Part shown: piece after piece, positions 60,901-64,000 of the stretch
Numbering within the stretch: position 1 is the stretch's first letter
How the letters are laid out: the number at the start of each line of letters is the position of its first letter
Source: Cetorhinus maximus
Taxonomy: Eukaryota
Assembly (NCBI RefSeq): GCF_964194155.1
Contig: NC_135901.1
Coordinates: 3,162,001-3,226,000 of the forward strand
Direction of reading: 5' to 3'
Length of the DNA: 64,000 bases
Made by a program: the position numbers and the translations under genes
Notes under the pieces: model-generated
Database searches by the model: none
The model's input: only the letters and a program-made list of their open reading frames with translations
Told to the model about the DNA's origin: nothing

Positions 60901-62265
60901 TAAATCACTTTCTTTCCTTCCCCTGGGAAGTACAGAGAGTTGTGGGACTCTGTAACTGGAATTAGTGCCAAATATGCTGAGGGGGGAAATGCTGGTGATT
61001 TTGTGGACCAGGCTGATGCTCCAGCTGTTTAAAGTCATATTTATCCGGTCTATTGAAATGCTATTTGTCTGTTAATGCAGGCTTCATTTATGTTGAATTT
61101 AGTTTGATTGTTACCGGCATCGTTTTTAAAAAATAAAACCTTGTCCTTCTGTTTATTCCGTTGGGGTTGTCTGGGAATTTGTATATTTTAAGGTTATTGG
61201 TTTCCACAGGGATCGTAACAACAGAGAAATGTCTAGTTATTTATTATTCTGTATTAAAGTTCATTTATTATTATTTCTAGTCCTGTAATAATACTGTAGC
61301 TGCATTATATATTTCCGGTCATAGACTCATTACAGCACAGATGGTGTCCAATTGGAAACTCAGATCCATGCTGACATTCTGTAGAGTAATCCAGTGAGTC
61401 CCATTCTCCATCTGTATCCTCGTTCCCCTGAAAGTTTTTCTTTCAACTCCCTATCCAATTTCATTTTGAAACCATTGATCATCTCCGGTTCTGCCATCCT
61501 CATAGGCATCGAATTCCAGGCCATGACTACTCGCTGTCTAAATAAAGTTCTTCCTCAAATCCCCTCTGTATCGCTAATCAAGTATTACAATCTTTTTGGC
61601 TCCTTCAGGAGAATTGGGAGTGTATAAATGAGATATAACAGAGTGAGAATGAAGGGAGTAAAAACAGAAAATGGTGCAAAAAACTCAGCAGGTCTGGCAG
61701 CATATGTGGAGTGAGAAACAGAGCTAACATTTTGAATCTGTCTGAACATTCCTGAGAGCTCAAAATGCAGGGAGCATGTTGGGAATGGAGATTTACAGCT
61801 TTTGGGGAATGAGAGGGGAAAGAATGTTCCATAGAAACTAGAATTGTCTGTTCTGAATTTCTATCGCAGACTTTCTGTGATGACTTTTGTAAACTCCTTT
61901 TACAGGACGTTAGAAGGGGATGATTTGCAGTCAGAAAGCTCAAACCAAAGGTCACGTCAAGATCTGGCAGAGCCACTCGATTCATCGGGATCTGAATATC
62001 AGCAGCCTTTGAACCTAGAAGAAATATTTGTCTGTTATGTCTGCTTCAAAGTATTTGAAACATCAGTGTGACTGGAAAAGCACCGATTCTCACACACCCG
62101 AGTGAGTGTATTCCAATGCACTGGCTTTGGAAGGAGCTATGAACTGTTATACAGTCTGAAGAAACATTGCAGCTTTCACAGCCGGGGAGACCGCACAGGG
62201 GTTGTGTGTTTGAGCGAGGCTTCAACTGATTGTCAAACCTGGAGAGACACAAGGGTACTCGCACC

Positions 62266-62940
62266 ATGGAGAAACCATGGAAATGTAGGGATTGTGGGAA
62301 GGGATTCCGATGCCCGTCTGCATTGGAAATTCATCAACGCAGTCACACTGGGGAGAGGCCATTCACCTGCTCTGAGTGTGGGAAGGCATTCAGTGGTTCA
62401 TGGCAGCTGCACGCACATCAGCGAGTTCATGCAGTGGAGAGGCCATTCACCTGCTCTCAGTGTGGCAAGAGATTCAGTGATTCATCAACCCTGCTGAGAC
62501 ACCAGCGAGTTCACACTGGAGAGAGGCCGTTCACCTGCTCTGAGTGTGGGAAGGGATTCACCCAGTTATCCAACCTGCTAACACACCAGGAAGTTCACAC
62601 CGGGGAGAGGCCATTCACCTGCTCTCATTGTGGGAAAGGATTCACTCGGTTATTCAACTTGCAGACACATCAGCGAGTCCACACCGGGGAGAGGCCGTTC
62701 ACCTGCTCTGTGTGTGGGAAGGGTTTCACCCAGTCATCCAACCTGCTGCTACACCAGCAACTTCACACTGGGGAGAGGTCATTCCTCTGCTCTCAGTGTG
62801 GGAAGGGATTCACTCGATTATCCAGCCTGCAGAGGCACCAGCGAGTTCACACCGGGGAGAGGCCTTTCATCTGCTCTGTGTGTGGGAAGGGATTCACTCA
62901 GTCATCCCATCTGCAGACACACCAGCGTGCTCACAAGTGA
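62266..62940 (+). CDS. C2H2 zinc-finger protein, 8 fingers, type B
   Basis: ATG at 62266 in accATGg (ORF-track start 62230 is a TTG directly after a stop); acceptor at 61906; aataaa ~63135. Confidence 0.92.
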   Translation: MEKPWKCRDCGKGFRCPSALEIHQRSHTGERPFTCSECGKAFSGSWQLHAHQRVHAVERPFTCSQCGKRFSDSSTLLRHQRVHTGERPFTCSECGKGFTQLSNLLTHQEVHTGERPFTCSHCGKGFTRLFNLQTHQRVHTGERPFTCSVCGKGFTQSSNLLLHQQLHTGERSFLCSQCGKGFTRLSSLQRHQRVHTGERPFICSVCGKGFTQSSHLQTHQRAHK

Positions 62941-63414
62941 TCACAACGATTGGATTCTGATCTTATTGCTGCTGTTAATCACATCCAGAACTGAACCATG
63001 TTCATCCTGACAGTTGGTGAAGTGGGAGGATCCCTTTCTGCTGGACTGGCCGGTCTCACAACTTGGTTTCCAGTGGGCTGATGCTCTTTGAGGCTTGTTG
63101 CGAATATCTATTGCACATTTCATATGGATCATAAAATAAAATGCTGTATGGATGGAAAAAGATATTCATGCATTTCTGTTTGGAATCGCCCAAAGCATGC
63201 CACGTTGCCATGGAGATGGGCTGTTGGAGTTAGAAGTTTAATTTATCTGGGTGTTTCCCACAGAAGGCAGTTGCACATCTGGGCTTGTGTATTTTGCAGC
63301 TCACTTGGAGTTGGTGAGGGAAAAGAAGCTGGAAGATTTGCCTGGCTTGGAGCTAGAGGATGAAATCTACAGTGGCCCTCCCAGTGAAAGGCCTTGTGGT
63401 AGAAAGCAGTTAAT

Positions 63415-64000
63415 CATATGAATTAGGAGCAGGTGTTGGCCATTCAGGCCTGTGAGCCTGCTCAGCCATGTGATAAGATCATAGCTGATCTGATTGAGGC
63501 CCCAACTCTACTTTCCTGTCTACCCCCATAATCTCTGATTCCCTGTCAATCAAGAATTAACTCAACCTCAAAATTATTCAGTAGCCTCCACTGCTTTCTG
63601 GTGAAGAGAATTCCACAATAGACGACCCTGTGAGAAGACAAATTTCTCCTCATCTCTGTCCTAAATGGGAGACCCCTTATTTTTAAACAGTGGCCCCTAG
63701 TTGTCGTCTCTCCCATAAGGAGAAACATCCTCAGCCTCCGAAGTGGCCGGGAGGCACAGATTTGTTTCAGCTCAAAAGGAGGCCATTCAGCCCATCGTGA
63801 CTGCACCGGCTCTTTGAATGGTCATTTGATTTAGAGCCGCTCTCCCGCCTTCTACCTATAAACCTGCATGTTCTTCCTTTTCCGATAACAGTCTAATTCC
63901 CTTTTGAATGCTTCAATTGAACCTGCCTCCACCACACTCCCAGGCAGTGCATTCCAGACCTTAACCACTCACTGCGTGAAGAAGGTTTTCCTCGTGTCAC
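63415..64000 (-). mobile_element. Two CR1 3' tail fragments
   Basis: TRGHCLKIRGLPFRTEMRRN; 63780-64000 matches the CR1 tail at 41795-42010. Confidence 0.8.

Noticed and set aside
10005-63010. Alternative-frame and antisense ORFs over finger arrays (e.g. VWEGIH.., VGRDS.. repeats)
   Set aside because: They are shadows of the 84-bp finger periodicity.

Overview
Vertebrate genomic DNA. The CR1/L2 LINEs, Deu-domain SINEs and Penelope repeats look like those of a shark or other elasmobranch; the species is not determined. The window is a tandem cluster of C2H2 zinc-finger genes: eight single-coding-exon arrays of 6-14 fingers plus the 5' end of a ninth running off the left edge. No KRAB, SCAN or BTB exon was recognisable. 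Most genes form head-to-head pairs on short CpG-rich promoters built from reused NRF1, YY1, CCAAT and GC-box modules. Type A genes start MEG..HSGEKPY. Type B genes start MEKP from an ATG created inside a finger linker, and all five have an in-frame stop exactly 13 codons upstream. All eight keep a distinctive (W)KCGDCGKGF..PSxLE lead finger. The rest is dense, partly nested retroelements (CR1, L2, another LINE, SINEs, an ERV-like pol relic, Penelope remnants with minimal hammerhead motifs), a 44-bp minisatellite and a tRNA-Val pseudogene. All calls were made by eye and repeat boundaries are approximate.
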